Virus record (IMG/VR): IMGVR_UViG_3300020173_001350
Length of the DNA: 60,113 nt
Origin: an uncultured virus (IMG/VR IMGVR_UViG_3300020173_001350)
Taxonomy: Duplodnaviria > Heunggongvirae > Uroviricota > Caudoviricetes
Reading direction: 5' to 3' (one strand)
Position 1 is the stretch's first letter; each line of letters opens with the position of its first letter. The translations under genes were made by a program, and so were the position numbers. The notes beneath the pieces are model-generated. The model was not told the origin of the DNA and did not search any database. It saw only the letters and a program-made list of their open reading frames with translations. This document shows positions 55,998-60,113 of the stretch, in pieces.

Positions 55998-58261
55998 TGT
56001 CTGAAATAGAAAAAAATATAGCATTTAGAATTAGGCAACAGTTTCCCGGCATTTATCGTGAAGATGGCGCGGAACTTATTCAATTAGTTGAAGATTATTA
56101 CAGGTTCCTTGAAACTGAAACAAATAATGCGACGTATAATTCTCGTCGTATGTTTGAATACCGTGATATTACAACAACTATTCAGGAAATGCTGGTATTT
56201 TTTCAAAAGACATTCCTACAAGATCTGCCTCTTATGCCAAATGCCGAGGTACGGTTTATTGTAAAAAATATCCTTGATCTGTACCGAGCAAAAGGTACTG
56301 AAGGTGGCATTAAGTTATTCTTTAGAATATTTTATGCCGAGAATGCAAAGGTTGAATATCCCGCAAAGCATATGTTTAAAGTATCAGACTCTCAATGGAA
56401 GAATGGTACTTATCTACAAATGATCCCAAATAATGGTAGCTTTACAAGTGCCGAAGGATTAGTATATTCTTATTCTGATGTTATTAATAAAAACATTCGT
56501 GGTGCCGTATCAGGTGCTAAAGCGGTTGTTGATAAAATTAACTTTATTCTATTAAACAAAACAATCCTTCCTATTGTTTATATCAATAATCCAAAAGGAC
56601 AGTTTCAAAAATACGATGACATTGTTGCTAAAATTAACGGTGAAGAAGTTTCATTCGGTCGTGTTAACGGGTCACTTTCCGATATTGAAATTGATGCACT
56701 TTATGGCGGGACAGAAGGAAATTTAGTAGGACAGTTATATAATGTAGAAAGCAATCTTGGTGTTGCTGGTAAAGTTATTGTTACTGAAGTTTCTGATATC
56801 GGAAAAGGTGAAATACAATATAACTTAACTGACGGCGGTTGGGGTTATACAATTGCAGGCACGAGCCTGTTAGTTTCAGATCAAGTTATTGTTTTACCAA
56901 ACCCAGATTTAGATTTTATTGTAGGTGAAACACTTACCGATACTGCATCAAACGTTGGTACTGTTACAGGTCAAAATTCAACCGCGGTTGGTGTAAGAAT
57001 GAACCCGGGTGACAGTTTTGATATATCAAGAGAAATCGGAACAAACGATAGAGCAATTAATTTTAATCTTCCTGGTGTTCTTACAGTTTCTGCTAAAAAC
57101 TCAACATCTCCTGGACCAATCCTACCTGAAAATAACACACCTGCAACCGATGTTCAAGTTGGGTCATTGTCAAATATAGAAACAGCTAATCTGATTACTG
57201 ATATTATTGGTGACTTTACGAATGTTTTAATTAATAGTACAAATTATAATACCGTACCACCTGCACTACAACCAATGTCAGGTACTGCCGATCCAGTAAC
57301 ATTAGCAACACCAATTAATCAGGCGTTTGCACTTCAAGCATTTGAAATGGGAACGATTAACGAATTTATCAACATTAACCCAGGTACAAATTATACCAAT
57401 GATGCGTTTGCAATCATTCGAGATTACACAACAAATATCTTTGATAGGTTTGAACAGATTATTTCTTTTACTACATTTGGTTCAGGGTTTTCAGTCGGTG
57501 ATACAATTACACAAGCAGTTTCAGGTGTGAGCGGAATTATTACTGGTATTAATTCTCAAAAGTCATATCTTAATGTGAGAGCATATTCGTATTACGGTTT
57601 TGATAGCACAAATGTTATTACTCATAAAGGTAACACCTATACGCCACTTGTAGTATACCGCGATTATGATTCAGAAAAAGCTGGTGAAAACGCCGACATG
57701 GAAACTGAAACATTTTTCACAAGAGGTAGAATTACCGGGGTTGATGTTTATAATTCAGGCCTTGGATATGTTGATAATGAGTCTGTCTTTATCACAGATG
57801 ATGACGGCGTTATTCAAGCAAAAGGTACAGCATCAGCAAGAACTCAAGGTACAACATCAGGTTTCTGGGCTGAAAAGAATTCACACTTAAATGGTTATGA
57901 ACAAAATCAAGCAGGTACTTTAAAATACTTTGACTCATCAATGCGTTTGCAAGATTCAGATTATTACCAAGAATATTCATATGAGATCCAATCTGTTGTA
58001 TCAAGGGAAACATATGAAGAACCACTAAGAAACACTGTCCATCTTGCCGGGACAAAAATGTTTGATAAGTTTTCATGGCAAAAAGAATTTAGTGCAGTGG
58101 TAACACACCGCTTTGGGTTTAACATTACTGAAGATTATATACCAGGCGGTGATCCTGTTGTTGGCCCAGGTCAAATTGTTGGGGATCAAAGCATTCGAGT
58201 TGATACCGCGGTACTAACAGCAGACAATGGTGTAATAACAGTTGACATAGTTAACGGATAA
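55997..58261 (+). CDS. Baseplate wedge initiator gp7-like
   Basis: QFP..YRE, YRAKGT..G..LFFRI.Y; LQDSDYYQEYSY, VHLAG. Confidence 0.75.
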   Translation: MSEIEKNIAFRIRQQFPGIYREDGAELIQLVEDYYRFLETETNNATYNSRRMFEYRDITTTIQEMLVFFQKTFLQDLPLMPNAEVRFIVKNILDLYRAKGTEGGIKLFFRIFYAENAKVEYPAKHMFKVSDSQWKNGTYLQMIPNNGSFTSAEGLVYSYSDVINKNIRGAVSGAKAVVDKINFILLNKTILPIVYINNPKGQFQKYDDIVAKINGEEVSFGRVNGSLSDIEIDALYGGTEGNLVGQLYNVESNLGVAGKVIVTEVSDIGKGEIQYNLTDGGWGYTIAGTSLLVSDQVIVLPNPDLDFIVGETLTDTASNVGTVTGQNSTAVGVRMNPGDSFDISREIGTNDRAINFNLPGVLTVSAKNSTSPGPILPENNTPATDVQVGSLSNIETANLITDIIGDFTNVLINSTNYNTVPPALQPMSGTADPVTLATPINQAFALQAFEMGTINEFININPGTNYTNDAFAIIRDYTTNIFDRFEQIISFTTFGSGFSVGDTITQAVSGVSGIITGINSQKSYLNVRAYSYYGFDSTNVITHKGNTYTPLVVYRDYDSEKAGENADMETETFFTRGRITGVDVYNSGLGYVDNESVFITDDDGVIQAKGTASARTQGTTSGFWAEKNSHLNGYEQNQAGTLKYFDSSMRLQDSDYYQEYSYEIQSVVSRETYEEPLRNTVHLAGTKMFDKFSWQKEFSAVVTHRFGFNITEDYIPGGDPVVGPGQIVGDQSIRVDTAVLTADNGVITVDIVNG

Positions 58262-58287
58262 ATAGCATAAAGCTATAGGAGATAGAG

Positions 58288-59217
58288 ATGGTCAAGCAAA
58301 TTATCGGCGTCGGCGCAAGCGCCAATGACGGAACAGGTGATATTTTAAGGACCGCGTTCCAAAAAACTAATAGCAACTTTACTGAGTTATATGATGGACT
58401 GGATGATATTGTTGTCCCAACATCATTAACAGGGTTGGGTATTACTGACGGAACAAACGGCCAAGTATTAACAACAAACGGTGGTGCAAATTTCACGTTC
58501 CAAACATTGGGACTTTTGAGTTTAGGTATTACCGACGGAACAGCAAACCAAGTACTTTCCACGGATGGAAACGGAACATTTACATTCGTTAACCAAACAG
58601 GTGGTGGCGGTTCAACTTATACTGACTCTGATGCAATTGCCGCGGTCGTTGGTGCTGATTTGGATATGGGCGGGAACAAAGTATTATTTGGTAACGTCTA
58701 TGATGCGGTAAATGATTTACCAAATGCAAGTTCATACCACGGTATGTTTGCTCACGTACACGGTACAGGCGCAGCATACTATGCTCATGCCGGTGCGTGG
58801 GTTGAACTCGCAAATGCTGAAGATCTTGGTGGTGGCGGTAGTTCACTACAAACAAGAACAACAAAAGCTGCAACGGCATCATCACTTGCAGATGAAGCAA
58901 CAGCAAATTTAACTATAAGTGGATTTAAAGGCTATGCATTATACTCAATTGAAACATCTCACGCGGCATGGGTTAGATTATATATCGACACGACTGCGCG
59001 TTCATCAGATTCAACTAGAACTATCAATACCGATCCTGCACCAGATGCTGGGGTTATTGCCGAGGTAATTACAACCTCGGGACAGAAAGTAGATTTTGGC
59101 CCTGCAGTTATTGGTTATTGTTCAACAGGTACAGATATCTATGCCACGGTTACAAACAAATCAGGTGGTACTGAAAATGTCGCAGTTACATTAACTGTTC
59201 TTCAATTGGAGAGTTAA
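58288..59217 (+). CDS. Tail fibre / baseplate connector (gp9/gp10-type N-terminus)
   Basis: IGVGASANDGTGDILR.AF.K.N.NFTELY; LGITDGT.GQVL.T.G repeats. Confidence 0.7.
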   Translation: MVKQIIGVGASANDGTGDILRTAFQKTNSNFTELYDGLDDIVVPTSLTGLGITDGTNGQVLTTNGGANFTFQTLGLLSLGITDGTANQVLSTDGNGTFTFVNQTGGGGSTYTDSDAIAAVVGADLDMGGNKVLFGNVYDAVNDLPNASSYHGMFAHVHGTGAAYYAHAGAWVELANAEDLGGGGSSLQTRTTKAATASSLADEATANLTISGFKGYALYSIETSHAAWVRLYIDTTARSSDSTRTINTDPAPDAGVIAEVITTSGQKVDFGPAVIGYCSTGTDIYATVTNKSGGTENVAVTLTVLQLES

Positions 59218-59221
59218 GAAT

Positions 59222-60113
59222 ATGAAAGAGTGGATTATCACGCTTCATAATAAAGAAGACCTTGAAGATTTCTATAATGATATGGAAACGCCAGGAGGTA
59301 AACTTTATATTCCTGGGCGCGCTGTTGAGTGTTCTGATAAAAGGCCAATTAGTCGGAACACGCATTATATGCTTGAAGATGATGAAGTTGATTTGATCCG
59401 ACAAGATCCAAGAGTTTGGGATCTCGACTTAAAAGAATTGATTGACTTTACAACAAAACCAGCATATAAAATTACTAACGGTGATTTTGCCAAGGACTGG
59501 AATACTGATAGTGGTGACACTAACTGGGGTTTGCTACGGCACGTTGAAGAATTGAATAGAAGCAATTGGGGTGATCCTGGGACAAGCCTTATAGTTGATG
59601 ATGTAGAAATTACTTCCTCAGGTAAAAATGTTGATGTTGTAATTGTAGACGGTCATATTGATCCTGCGCATCCAGAGTTTGCTCAGACAAATACCGTTTC
59701 AGATTATGTTGACACGTCTTTAGCAAATAATAGTTCAAATGGTGCAGTATTTGATAGACAAATAACAGCTCGTGGTTTAAAGATGGTTGTTGCGGGCGCA
59801 GTTGGAGGTCAAACCGCAGTACCTGATATGTGGGCAGAAAAAACTGCCAAAATGGTAACATTGTTAATTGATCCAACATATCCTCTTATTAATGTAGACC
59901 ATCAAATCAATTTAATTAAAACATTACAAGGCGATACAGGAACTATACACGCAGGACTTCCTGCCGTTCAAAGAATTGCATACGGTGGTGGTTCTGAATA
60001 TAGTCCAAACTTTTTAACAGATGTAGGCGCTGCACAGTATACAGGATACGTAGATTTTTTAGATAACCACGTACATAACGATATGGTTTGGTATGCTAAT
60101 ATTAGCGGGCCAA
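59222..60113 (+). CDS. Virion-associated subtilisin-like S8 protease, truncated at edge
   Basis: Open to window end (my translation): prodomain ..SRNTHY..DPRV, NWGL, GKNVDVVIVDG...HPEF. Confidence 0.7.
   Translation, partial: MKEWIITLHNKEDLEDFYNDMETPGGKLYIPGRAVECSDKRPISRNTHYMLEDDEVDLIRQDPRVWDLDLKELIDFTTKPAYKITNGDFAKDWNTDSGDTNWGLLRHVEELNRSNWGDPGTSLIVDDVEITSSGKNVDVVIVDGHIDPAHPEFAQTNTVSDYVDTSLANNSSNGAVFDRQITARGLKMVVAGAVGGQTAVPDMWAEKTAKMVTLLIDPTYPLINVDHQINLIKTLQGDTGTIHAGLPAVQRIAYGGGSEYSPNFLTDVGAAQYTGYVDFLDNHVHNDMVWYANISGP

Overview
AT-rich 60 kb segment of a large lytic T4-like myovirus genome, probably marine. An alphaproteobacterial host is inferred from a NodE-like FabF, a ROSE-like thermometer and the curli/FecR operon. 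Left to right: (1) 1-7011, a leftward operon behind a T4 late promoter (TATAAATA) with csgF, csgG, two curlin-repeat proteins, a FecR-domain protein, a small beta-barrel and an autotransporter-like protein. (2) 7089-9516, an acyl carrier protein, a thermonuclease, and a tRNA/structured-RNA island (tRNA-Trp, tRNA-Pro, unassigned hairpin RNAs). (3) 9950-22589, duplicated late structural genes followed by a block of tailoring enzymes (2 radical SAM, glycosyltransferases, methyltransferases, QueC-like, 2OG-Fe hydroxylase, GNAT, sulfotransferase). (4) 22700-42587, early/middle genes including a cytosine hypermodification locus (dCMP hydroxymethylase, NDP-sugar enzymes, two T4 beta-glucosyltransferase-like proteins, an atypical C5-MTase), FabF, gp45/44/62, regA, dUTPase and hsp20. 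Both glucosyltransferase-like proteins and the C5-MTase carry TL(D/E)xFF clamp-type motifs. (5) 42580-60113, baseplate/tail genes (gp51, 26, 54, 2, 4, 48, a split gp53, gp5, 25, 6, 7, a fibre and an S8 protease). All calls are by eye from motifs and synteny; no searches were run.
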